A stretch of DNA of 64,000 bases, taken from NCBI GenBank assembly GCA_965233585.1, contig CBDDTI010000747.1, positions 64,001 through 128,000 of the forward strand, given 5' to 3'. Positions within the stretch are counted from its first letter, which is position 1; every line of letters starts with the position of its first letter. Source of the stretch: a bacterium (GTDB lineage Bacteria; SAR324; NAC60-12). A model generated the notes under the pieces. It was not told the DNA's origin. It searched no databases and was given only the letters and a program-made list of their open reading frames with translations. This document shows, piece by piece, positions 42,067-51,478 of this stretch. The translations under genes were made by a program, and so were the position numbers.

Positions 42067-43197
42067 ATGACAACAATCACACAAGAACAATTAGACCGCT
42101 ACACTATCCGCTCCAGCCAATTTGTTTCATGTAACCAAGCCTTTGTAGATTGCCGAACACCGGGATCTGACAAAAAAGAAAATTATTCATTCATTGGTCC
42201 GGGCGTCAGCCAGTCAGCAGACCAGTTTGTGAACTTAAAAGAACGGCACGGCTTTAATATCGGAGCCGCTGCCATGCCCAAAGGTTGTGTCAATAGTCTG
42301 CACACTCATTTTACTGCAGAAGTGTTTTACATCTACAAAGGAGATTGGGAGTTTAAATGGGGAAACAAGGGAGAACATACAGCAGTCTTGCCTGAAAAGG
42401 CAGTCTTTTCCCCAATGACGTGGATGTTTCGCGGCTTCCGTAATGTTGGGGTAGATGATGGCTTCATTTTCACAGTGCTTGGAGGTGATGAAACGGGGGG
42501 GATTATTTGGCATCCTGATGTTTTGAAAGAGGCGGCAACTCATGGATTATTCCTGTCTGTTGACAATCAGCTTTTGGATACTGTGGAAAATCCTGATGCT
42601 CTCAATGGCGTCCAATTATTTGAGCCACTGACAGAAGACCAGATGCAACAAACCATGCACCAAATCTCTCCTGAAGAGATGAAACAACGTATTGTGCTTT
42701 TTGAGGATTTGGTTTGGTCAGATGAGGCGTTGCTCTGTTCTAAAATTGATGAGCATCAATGCAGTGTCGCTCCCGTGATTGGCTGGGGAATGAGTGAAGA
42801 CAAAAACCACGTGCCTCCCATTTATACACCACATACTTTTTCGGTAGAGTGGCTCAAAATTCCTGTTGGCAATTCTGTTGCCATGCACCGACTTGCAGAA
42901 CACCAAGTTTTAAAGTTGCATCAAGGGACTTTAGAGGTTGTTCTCAATACGCAAGACGAAGGTCAAGTCTCCAACACCATTCAATCCAAAGACATTCTTT
43001 CTGTGCCTCCTCATTCATGGCGGACTTTCAAAAATGTTGGAAATGAGGACGTTTGCGTGATGGTCGTTTTAGAAGGCGATGCCCCTAAACATATTGAATG
43101 GTCAACAGAAGTCATTCAACAGGCACAAGACCAAAACTATGCACTAGATCATTGTGGATACATCACTTTGCACTCTCTGGTCAAACACGCCAAATAA
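42067..43197 (+). CDS. Tandem cupin-domain protein
   Basis: SLHTHFTAEVF...FRGFRNVG and MHRL..HQV...SVPPHSWRTFKNVG cupin motifs; start set to ATG 42067 (MTTITQ). Confidence 0.82.
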   Translation: MTTITQEQLDRYTIRSSQFVSCNQAFVDCRTPGSDKKENYSFIGPGVSQSADQFVNLKERHGFNIGAAAMPKGCVNSLHTHFTAEVFYIYKGDWEFKWGNKGEHTAVLPEKAVFSPMTWMFRGFRNVGVDDGFIFTVLGGDETGGIIWHPDVLKEAATHGLFLSVDNQLLDTVENPDALNGVQLFEPLTEDQMQQTMHQISPEEMKQRIVLFEDLVWSDEALLCSKIDEHQCSVAPVIGWGMSEDKNHVPPIYTPHTFSVEWLKIPVGNSVAMHRLAEHQVLKLHQGTLEVVLNTQDEGQVSNTIQSKDILSVPPHSWRTFKNVGNEDVCVMVVLEGDAPKHIEWSTEVIQQAQDQNYALDHCGYITLHSLVKHAK

Positions 43198-43300
43198 AAC
43201 ATGAAAGCAGAAAATAAAAAAATCAGTTAAGCAGTGAAGAAATAAGTCATCTAACAATGGAACATAGAAAAAATAAATCAGTTTTATAAAATTCAAAAAA

Positions 43301-45448
43301 ATGAATCATCAAAATTTTAAAAAACATATAGAAGATATTTTAAAAGCAGATACAAGACTTTGGTATCAAGAAACCCACGAAGACGGAACTAAAACCACCA
43401 AATTAGACCAAATCTTACTCATTGATTTAGCTGAAAAACATGATGCAAGAATCTTGTCTTTGCTCTTTGCTGATGAAACTTTAAAAGAAAAGTTTTTTGT
43501 CAAAATAGGAGAAAGTTATGTGTTTAGAAATAGAGACTTTCAATTCTTTTTAGAAGAAAACAAAGTGGATAATTCTTATACAAAATATAAAAACCGTATT
43601 GGTTTAAGTGATGGCAAAAGGTTCTTAAAAGACAATAAAGAAGTCGTTTTAAATTTTCCTTTTAAGGATTGCACTTTAGAAGGTGGACAATCAACAGAAG
43701 AAGGACAAGATAGCTATTTTGAGATTGCGGGTCAAGCCCGCAATGACGGTCACAGTCATTCCGCACTTGATGCGGAATCTCCAGAGATTTATAACCAAAA
43801 ACAAGCCAAACGCAAAGAAATCTTTTTTAATGAAATTTTAGCAGCCGATGAGATAGACCGATTAAAAGATGAAAAAGCCTTAGTGAATTGGCAACGGTTT
43901 GATGTTGATGATAAAAATGTAGGGACAGACCCACGTGTCTGTCCAAATGAAAACGGACAAACAAATTTACACGATGGACAAACACATAGGTTTGTCCCTA
44001 CGGAAATAAAACGAGACCAAAACGGCACGATTAAAGAAAATCTTATCATTAAAGGCAATAACCTTTTGGCTTTGTATTCTCTCAAAAAACAATTTGCTAA
44101 GAAAATCAAACTCATTTACATTGACCCACCTTATAACACAGGAGGCGATGCCAATATTTTTACTTATAATAATAATTTTAACCATTCTACTTGGTTAACC
44201 TTTATGAAAAATAGATTAGAGGTAGCAAGGGAATTATTGAGGGAAGACGGATTTATTGCCATTGCCATAGACCATTGTGAACTTGGCTATTTGATTGTTC
44301 TAGCTGATGAGATTTTTGGAAGAGAAAATAGATTAGGGATTATTACTGTTGTGCATAATGCTGGTGGTAGACCTGATGCAACTTTTTTCTCTGTTTCAAA
44401 TGAGTATATGCTTGTTTACGCTAAGAATAAAAGCTATGCTAAACTTAAAAATTTTGATTTGCCAGATGAAAAATCTAAAAAATATAGATATAAAGATGAT
44501 AAAGGTTTTTATAAATTAGATATTTTTCACAGAGCAAGTCATAATTCTAATAGAGAAGATAGACCAAATTTATTTTATCCAATTTTTTACAGCAAAGAAA
44601 AAAATATACTTTCTACTATCAAGAAAGAAAATTTTATAGAAATTTATCCAATAGATAATCATGGAAATGAAAAATGTTGGAGATGGAGTAAAGAAAGAAC
44701 ACAAGAAAATATAGAAGAATTAGTTATAAAAAAAATAAAAAATCAGTATAGAATTTTTGCTAAAAGCAGATTAGAAAACAATAAAGGAGATAAACCAAGA
44801 ACTTTTTGGAACGATAGTAAATATTCTGGAAGCAGTGGAAGTATTTTATTAAGTAAACTATTAGGACACTCTAAACCACTTTCATTTCCCAAATCCCTTT
44901 ACACTATTTTAGACACTCTCAAACTAACAACAGAAAAGGACGACATTATTTTAGATTTTCATGCAGGTTCTGGAACAACGGGGCATGCTGTTTTGGCTTT
45001 GAATAAAGAGGATGGAGGAAACAGGAAATTTATTTTAGTAGAGCAGTTAGACCAGCATATAGACATTTGCAAAGAACGAATACAGAAAGTATTAGAAAAA
45101 GAAAATATTAATGATTCTTTTGTCTACTGTGAAATTGCCAAATGGAACGAACAAGCGAGGGAGCAAATATTAGCTTGTCAAAGTTTAGAACAACTAAAAA
45201 CTTTTTTTAGTGAAATGGTAGATAAATATTTTCTCAATTACAACCTGAAAATAAAAGAGTTTCAAGAAAAAGTTTTGCAAGAAGATGAATTTAAAAACTT
45301 ACCTTTGAACAAACAAAAAGAAATATTTATCACGATGCTAGATAATAATCAAATGTATGTGTGTAGAAGTGAGATGGAAGACGCAAAGTTTGGCATTAGT
45401 GAGGAGGACATTGAGATGACGAGGGAGTTTTATGGCAATAATAATTAA
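43301..45448 (+). CDS. mod: Type III restriction-modification methyltransferase (Mod) carrying two in-frame palindromic insertions
   Basis: NLIIKGNNL, IYIDPPYN (motif IV), variable central TRD, FPKS, LDFHAGSGTTGHA (motif I). Confidence 0.93.
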   Translation: MNHQNFKKHIEDILKADTRLWYQETHEDGTKTTKLDQILLIDLAEKHDARILSLLFADETLKEKFFVKIGESYVFRNRDFQFFLEENKVDNSYTKYKNRIGLSDGKRFLKDNKEVVLNFPFKDCTLEGGQSTEEGQDSYFEIAGQARNDGHSHSALDAESPEIYNQKQAKRKEIFFNEILAADEIDRLKDEKALVNWQRFDVDDKNVGTDPRVCPNENGQTNLHDGQTHRFVPTEIKRDQNGTIKENLIIKGNNLLALYSLKKQFAKKIKLIYIDPPYNTGGDANIFTYNNNFNHSTWLTFMKNRLEVARELLREDGFIAIAIDHCELGYLIVLADEIFGRENRLGIITVVHNAGGRPDATFFSVSNEYMLVYAKNKSYAKLKNFDLPDEKSKKYRYKDDKGFYKLDIFHRASHNSNREDRPNLFYPIFYSKEKNILSTIKKENFIEIYPIDNHGNEKCWRWSKERTQENIEELVIKKIKNQYRIFAKSRLENNKGDKPRTFWNDSKYSGSSGSILLSKLLGHSKPLSFPKSLYTILDTLKLTTEKDDIILDFHAGSGTTGHAVLALNKEDGGNRKFILVEQLDQHIDICKERIQKVLEKENINDSFVYCEIAKWNEQAREQILACQSLEQLKTFFSEMVDKYFLNYNLKIKEFQEKVLQEDEFKNLPLNKQKEIFITMLDNNQMYVCRSEMEDAKFGISEEDIEMTREFYGNNN
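43721..43781. repeat. Inverted doublet of 27-nt GTC-tagged hairpins, in-frame in mod
   Basis: GAGATTGCGGG-TCAAG-CCCGCAATGAC, 7-nt spacer, GTCATTCCGCA-CTTGA-TGCGGAATCTC; each arm has a perfect 8-bp stem and the same loop (TCAAG/CTTGA). Confidence 0.9.
43919..44001. repeat. GTAG-family REP doublet (REPIN-like), in-frame in mod
   Basis: GTAG-GGACAGAC-CCACGT-GTCTGTCC (43919-43944) and inverted GGACAAAC-ACATAG-GTTTGTCC-CTAC (43976-44001). Confidence 0.93.
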
Positions 45449-45471
45449 AAATTTTAATAAAGGATAAGAAT

Positions 45472-48027
45472 ATGAAAAATGAATTAAAAATATTTATAAG
45501 TTATTCACATCAAGATGAGGAATATGTTACTGGATTTGAAAAATATTTTGAACCGATAAAGAATAAATATAATTTGAAGTTATGGCATGATACAAAAAAT
45601 AAAGCAGGCGATAAATTTCAGCAAAAAATAGATAAGAATCTAAATGATTCAGATATTATTCTTTTATTTGTTTCTGCTAATTTTTTTTCATCTGATGCTT
45701 GTAAAAAAGAATTAAAAGAATCTTTAAAATTAAGAAATGAGAAAAATGCTATTATTGTTCCTATCATTTTATCTACTTGTGCATGGAAAGAAACAGAATT
45801 AAAAGATTTATTATGTGTTCCAAAAGATGGAAAACCTGTATCAGATTTTGAAGACAAAAATAAAGCATGGGAGGATGTTAGTAACTCAATTAAAAAACAT
45901 ATTGAAGAATTGAATCAAATAAACAATTTAAAAATAGAAGACAGTTTTAAAAAATTTTTAGAAAGCTGTGAAATTTTGGAAAAGGCTCATCAAAATAAAC
46001 AAAATGTTTCATTAGAAGATATTTTTGTTTCTCCTCAATTAGAATGTTTTGATGAACTTAGAGAATCTGAAGAGACAACTATTAATTATCAGGAACTAGA
46101 AGAAAATATTACTGATTACAAAGCTATTGTTATAGCAGGAGATGACCAATCTGGAAAAACTACTCTATGTAAAAGATTATTTTTAGCACTAAAACAAAAA
46201 AGATATTTACCAGTTTATATTTTTGATAAAGATAAAAAATTACAAGGAAAAATAAAGAATAAAATTGAAAAGGAATTTAAAGAACAATATAACTCTGAAA
46301 ATATAGAATATTCAAAAATTATGAATAGGATTATCCCTATAATAGATAATTTTTACTTGGCTAAACAAAAAGAAAATCATATAAAAAATCTATCTGAATT
46401 TAAATTTTCTATTCTTATCATAGATGATATTTACGGTTTAAATATCAAAGACAAAGATATTATCAAAAAACATAAGCATTTTAGAATAAAAGAGTTTTTG
46501 CCTACTTTAAGAAATGATTTAATTCAAAAGTGGTTGCAATTAACAGATAAAGATAGTCATAATAACGATTCTTATAAAGAATTAGATGAAAAGACAAAAT
46601 TAATAGATACAACTTTAGGAAAGATTATAGGTAATGGAATTGTTCCATCATATCCATTTTTTATATTAACTATCCTTAGCACTTACGAAACAGTTAAACC
46701 TTTAGATGAAAACATTACTTCTCAAGGGCATTGCTATCAAGCATTGATTTACATTGCTTTAAGAAAAGAAATTGATAATAAGGATATAGATATTTATCTT
46801 AATTTTATGAATGTGATTGCTTATAAGTTCTTTGAAACTCAAAAAAAAGAATTTAATGAAGAGGAATTAAATAGTTTCATAACTGAATATAAAGAAAAGT
46901 ATAATCTTCCTTTTCAAGAAGACAATTTACTTTCCAAATTAATCAGAGTAAATATTTTGAAGAAAGATTCTTTTGGCAACATTAGTTTTAAATACGATTA
47001 TTTATATTTTTATTTTGTAGCAAAATATATTGCGGAGCATATTGATGAAAACAAAAAAACTATTGATAATATCATCGCTAATCTCCACAAAAACGAAAAT
47101 GCTTATATTACTATATTTATATCTCATCATTCTAAAGATAATTATGTTCTTGATGAAGTAGTTTTAAATGCTATGTGTTTATTTGATAAATATGAATCTG
47201 CAACTTTAGAAAAAAAGGAAATCAGCTTTTTGGATAATGAAGTAAAAAATATTATTGATGCTTCACTCCCTAAACCAGATGAAAGTTCAGAACAACATAG
47301 AGCGAAACAATTAGAAATAGAAAGTCAAATTGAAGAGTCAAAAAATAAAAAACCTTTAAATGAAGATGAACAAGATATAGACCCGCTTGATTTAGAAATA
47401 AGACGAAGTATTAAAACGGTAGAAGTTATGGGTAGAATTATCCGAAACCGTGCTGGTTCTTTAGAAAATGATAGATTAAAACAAATTTTTGAAAATGGAA
47501 TGAATGTTCATCTAAGATTCTTAAAATTATTTTTAGAGTTGATGAAAGATAAAGATCAACAAGAATTTATTATAGATTTTATACGAGATAGATTAAATAA
47601 AACAGTTAAAGAATCTAAAGAGAAGATATCAGAACAAGAATTAAAAAAAATAGCTGAAAAAATATTTTGGAATTTAAATTTTCAATTCTTATATGTTGTT
47701 ATCAATAAAACAATACATTCATTAGGATCAGATAATTTAACAAATATTACTAACAATGTGTGTGATAAAATAAATACTCCTGCTTCTTTTTTAATCAAAC
47801 ACGGTATTTTAATGTGGTATTCTAAAAATCTTCAAATTGATAGTCTTTATAAAAAAACAACAGAAAAGACGTTTTCAGATACAGCAAAAAAATTAATAAA
47901 TTATTTTATTGTATCTTATTGTTATATGCACAAAATAAATTATAAAGATAGACAAAAATTAGAACAAAATTTTGGCTTTTCATCTAAAAAATTACTTCTT
48001 AATAAACCTCAAAAACCAACGCAATAA
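45472..48027 (+). CDS. TIR-domain + STAND/NACHT-like P-loop NTPase, putative anti-phage protein
   Basis: N-terminal TIR (IFISYSHQD, LWHD, AGD, SANFFSSDACKKEL, IVPIIL); Walker A VIAGDDQSGKTT; helical C-terminus; extremely AT-rich. Confidence 0.85.
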   Translation: MKNELKIFISYSHQDEEYVTGFEKYFEPIKNKYNLKLWHDTKNKAGDKFQQKIDKNLNDSDIILLFVSANFFSSDACKKELKESLKLRNEKNAIIVPIILSTCAWKETELKDLLCVPKDGKPVSDFEDKNKAWEDVSNSIKKHIEELNQINNLKIEDSFKKFLESCEILEKAHQNKQNVSLEDIFVSPQLECFDELRESEETTINYQELEENITDYKAIVIAGDDQSGKTTLCKRLFLALKQKRYLPVYIFDKDKKLQGKIKNKIEKEFKEQYNSENIEYSKIMNRIIPIIDNFYLAKQKENHIKNLSEFKFSILIIDDIYGLNIKDKDIIKKHKHFRIKEFLPTLRNDLIQKWLQLTDKDSHNNDSYKELDEKTKLIDTTLGKIIGNGIVPSYPFFILTILSTYETVKPLDENITSQGHCYQALIYIALRKEIDNKDIDIYLNFMNVIAYKFFETQKKEFNEEELNSFITEYKEKYNLPFQEDNLLSKLIRVNILKKDSFGNISFKYDYLYFYFVAKYIAEHIDENKKTIDNIIANLHKNENAYITIFISHHSKDNYVLDEVVLNAMCLFDKYESATLEKKEISFLDNEVKNIIDASLPKPDESSEQHRAKQLEIESQIEESKNKKPLNEDEQDIDPLDLEIRRSIKTVEVMGRIIRNRAGSLENDRLKQIFENGMNVHLRFLKLFLELMKDKDQQEFIIDFIRDRLNKTVKESKEKISEQELKKIAEKIFWNLNFQFLYVVINKTIHSLGSDNLTNITNNVCDKINTPASFLIKHGILMWYSKNLQIDSLYKKTTEKTFSDTAKKLINYFIVSYCYMHKINYKDRQKLEQNFGFSSKKLLLNKPQKPTQ

Positions 48028-48707
48028 TGACCCCTAATCCCACAATCAAATCCCGCAAGCCCAACCGATTAAAAGGTTATGGTTATTCTAAGGAAGGTTA
48101 TTATTTTGTTACGATTTGTGTTCAAAATAGGTTGTGTTTGTTTGGGGATATTATAGGTGGCAAGATGGTTTTGAACAGTGCAGGAGAGATGATTAAAAAA
48201 TGGTGGTTAAAATTGCCTGAGAAATTTGAAAATATTTGTTTTGAAGATGTATTTGTTGTCATGCCAAACCATATTCATGGAATTATCATTATTGAAAATA
48301 ATAAACCCATAAGGACAAATCCATGTGTCAATGTAGGGACAGACCCACGTGTCTGTCCAGAAGATAAAAATATCAATTCAACAGACCCATCCGTCAATGT
48401 AGGGACAGACCCACGTGTCTGTCCAGAAGATAAAAATATCAATTCAGCAGAGGACAAACACGCGGGTTTGTCCCTACAAGGTTTGTCATTATCAGAAATG
48501 ATGCAATGGTTTAAAACCATGACCACAAATGAATATATCAAAGGGGTAAAAAATCAAAATTGGCAGGGTTTTGACAAAAAATTATGGCAAAGATCATTTT
48601 ATGACCATGTCATTAGAGATGAAAAAGCATTATTCAATATCCAAAATTACATTATTGAGAACCCGTTAAAATGGGAAAATGACGATTATAATTTAAATAA
48701 GATATGA
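48027..48707 (+). mobile_element. REP-associated tyrosine transposase (RAYT, IS200/Y1 HUH family)
   Basis: RLKGYGYS.EGYYFVTIC, FVVMPNHIHGII (HUH), LWQRSFYDHVIRDE, YIIENP (catalytic Tyr); no tnpB; GTAG palindromes associated. Confidence 0.92.
48309..48477. repeat. Cluster of GTAG-family REPs inside the RAYT coding sequence (66-nt period duplication plus inverted copy)
   Basis: Identical 26-nt REPs at 48333-48358 and 48399-48424; inverted variant at 48452-48477; degenerate remnants at 48309-48329 and 48381-48395. Confidence 0.93.
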
Positions 48708-51478
48708 CTCCAACTAACAACCTACACCAAACCATCTCCACTCAAAAACAAGCACTTAAAAACTTTCAACCTGAAATTTTTGAGATACCGAAATACATTA
48801 CTGATAATCTCAAACATTCTTTTTTTGATTGGCAGAGAGAGGCATTTGAAAATTTATTATTTTACGAACATCCAAATTCCAAGCTAAAAAAATCCCCCAC
48901 TCACTTAATGTTTAATATGGCAACAGGAACGGGAAAAACACTGCTGATGGCAGCAAGCATTTTGTATTATTACAAGCAAGGTTATAGACATTTTATATTT
49001 TTTGTCAATCAAAATAACATCATAGACAAAACAGAAAATAATTTTATAGAAAATACCCACAACAAATATTTGTTTACAGAGAAAGTCATTATAGAAGATA
49101 AAATTATCCCGATTGAAAAGGTCAATGTTTTTAGTGATGAACCGCAGGGCATAGAAATCAAATTTACCTCTATTCAAAAGCTCTATAATGATATTCACCT
49201 ACAAAGAGAAAACCAAACAACTTTAGACGATTTACAAAGCAGAAATATTGTGATGCTTGCCGATGAAGCACATCATCTCAATGCGAATACTAAAAAAAAT
49301 GAACAAGAAAGTTTGATACACACAGAACTAAAAGGGAACACAGGAAAAGAAATAGTAGAGAGAAAAGGTTGGGAACATACGGTTATAGAGTTGATATTAA
49401 ACAAGCAAGGTTATCAAGGACAGGAACAAAATAAAAATGTATTATTAGAATTTACAGCAACCATTCCTGATAATAAACAAGTAGCCAATAAATACCAAGA
49501 CAAAATCATTTATCAATTCACCTTAAAAGAATTTCTACAAGCAGGTTATACCAAAGAGATTAATCTTATCTCTTCTACTTTGGATAAAAAAGAAAGGGTT
49601 TTACAGGCATTACTTTTTCAGTGGTATAGGCATCAAATTGCACTTAAAAACAAGATTGCTAATTTTAAACCTGTGATTTTGTTTAGAAGCAAAACCATTG
49701 AAGAATCTAAACAAGATTATGAAGAATTTTTAACTTGTATAGAAGATTTAGAAAGTAAAGATTTTGATTTTTGTCAAACCATAGCAAGTAAAATTCATCA
49801 AGCTCATAAAACTAACCCAAATGAAATCGGAAAATCCAGAACAGAGCAGGTTTTAAACTATATCCAAAAAAATAATATTCAATTTGTAGAGATTAGCGAT
49901 TGGATAAAACAAAACTTTAAAGAACAAAATACCATTATCACTAATTCTAAAACCAACACAACCAAAAAGGAAAAAACAGAAGAAGAGACAGAGAAATTGC
50001 TTAATTCTTTAGAAGATAAAAACAACCATATCCGAGCTATTTTTACGGTAGATAGATTGACAGAAGGTTGGGATGTGCTGAACCTTTTTGATATTGTGCG
50101 GCTGTATCAAGGGCAAAATACAGGGGGAAGCACGAAAAAGACCCCTGAAGCTACTACCAAAGAAAAACAGTTGATAGGTAGAGGGGTACGGTATTTTCCT
50201 TTTCAATTTCAAGATCAACAAGTCAACAAAAGAAAATTTGATAATGATTTAAACGATGAACTTAGGATTTTAGAAGAATTGTTTTATTATACCTATGATG
50301 AAGATTCAAAATATATTTCACACTTAAAAGCAGAATTGAAAAAAGATGGTTATATAAAAGACGATAGAACCATTAAAACCTTTGATTTAAAAAGTGATTT
50401 TAAACAAAGTTGTTTTTATAAAGAAACTATTATTTGGTATAATGAACAAAGAGATAACCCAGAGAGAAAAAAGAAGGATTTACAAAATATCAAACAAGAT
50501 TTTAGCTTTGAATATAAAATTCAAGACTTAGAGCTAACAGAGCAAAAAGGTATTTTAGATAAAACAGAAAGTCAAGAATCATTACAAATAGCTGAACAGA
50601 GAAATAAAAGAATTAGTAAAAAATTTAGTGAGATTGAAAAACATATTTTTTACAAAGCAATCAACATCAAAGCAAAAGCAGAGGGTTCTCTTTTTCAATT
50701 TGAGAATTTAAGAAAGGAATTAGCCATTACAAGTATAGATGATTTAAGGAAAGATGAATTTTTAGGGAATTTGGAACTCAAAATAATTACCAATACGAAT
50801 TATGAAGAGATAAGCAATAAAGATAAATTAGATTTAACATTAAAATTTTTAGATAAAGCTATCAATCAACTAAAAGAACATATTCACCCCAAAATAGGCA
50901 GCGAGTTTAAAGCAGGCAATTTTGATACATTTTTTAAACATCCAAAAAGGAAAAGTATTGAACAAAACAATTTAGATCTAACTATTCCAAAAGACAATCA
51001 ATGGTATGTTTTGGATACTTTTGTTGGAACAAACGAAGAAAAAGAACTTGTGCAATTCATCAAAAATAGCATCAGCAATTTGGAGGAAACCTATCAAGAG
51101 ATTTATCTTTTAAAAAATGAAGAAGTCTATAAAATTTATAACTTTAAAGATGGAAAAGGCTTTGCCCCAGACTTTCTTTTATTCCTGAAAACAAAGGACA
51201 AACAAAACACAGGCGTTGCCAGCACAGAAATTTATTACCAAATTTTTATAGAACCAAAAGGGGATCAATTCAAAGATTTGGAAGGTGGCTTTAGAAACTC
51301 TAAAGAAAGTTGGAAAGAGGAGTTTTTAGAACAAATCACCAAAAAATATGGTTTTGGTAAGGTAATAAAGGCAGAAAATCCAAATTATAGATTGATAGGT
51401 CTGCCTTTTTATAACAAAGCAAGTCAACAAATCTTTGAAGAGGAATACAACAAACTTTTAAAATCTGATGAGTTTTGA
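48704..51478 (+). CDS. res: Type III restriction endonuclease subunit (Res; SF2 helicase-like ATPase + PD-(D/E)xK nuclease)
   Basis: FNMATGTGKT, LADEAHH, FTAT, EGWDV, QLIGRGVR, FAPDF...FIEPKG. Confidence 0.93.
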   Translation: MTPTNNLHQTISTQKQALKNFQPEIFEIPKYITDNLKHSFFDWQREAFENLLFYEHPNSKLKKSPTHLMFNMATGTGKTLLMAASILYYYKQGYRHFIFFVNQNNIIDKTENNFIENTHNKYLFTEKVIIEDKIIPIEKVNVFSDEPQGIEIKFTSIQKLYNDIHLQRENQTTLDDLQSRNIVMLADEAHHLNANTKKNEQESLIHTELKGNTGKEIVERKGWEHTVIELILNKQGYQGQEQNKNVLLEFTATIPDNKQVANKYQDKIIYQFTLKEFLQAGYTKEINLISSTLDKKERVLQALLFQWYRHQIALKNKIANFKPVILFRSKTIEESKQDYEEFLTCIEDLESKDFDFCQTIASKIHQAHKTNPNEIGKSRTEQVLNYIQKNNIQFVEISDWIKQNFKEQNTIITNSKTNTTKKEKTEEETEKLLNSLEDKNNHIRAIFTVDRLTEGWDVLNLFDIVRLYQGQNTGGSTKKTPEATTKEKQLIGRGVRYFPFQFQDQQVNKRKFDNDLNDELRILEELFYYTYDEDSKYISHLKAELKKDGYIKDDRTIKTFDLKSDFKQSCFYKETIIWYNEQRDNPERKKKDLQNIKQDFSFEYKIQDLELTEQKGILDKTESQESLQIAEQRNKRISKKFSEIEKHIFYKAINIKAKAEGSLFQFENLRKELAITSIDDLRKDEFLGNLELKIITNTNYEEISNKDKLDLTLKFLDKAINQLKEHIHPKIGSEFKAGNFDTFFKHPKRKSIEQNNLDLTIPKDNQWYVLDTFVGTNEEKELVQFIKNSISNLEETYQEIYLLKNEEVYKIYNFKDGKGFAPDFLLFLKTKDKQNTGVASTEIYYQIFIEPKGDQFKDLEGGFRNSKESWKEEFLEQITKKYGFGKVIKAENPNYRLIGLPFYNKASQQIFEEEYNKLLKSDEF

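Noticed and set aside
48327..48477. Repeat-spacer-repeat pattern with 66-nt period resembling a mini CRISPR array
   Set aside because: Only two direct copies, the intervening sequence is itself duplicated, the third copy is inverted, it lies in an intact ORF and there are no cas genes; REP structure explains it.
48027..48707. Autonomous IS200/IS605 insertion sequence
   Set aside because: No tnpB and no non-coding ends with subterminal hairpins; the gene overlaps both neighbours and its motifs are RAYT-type.
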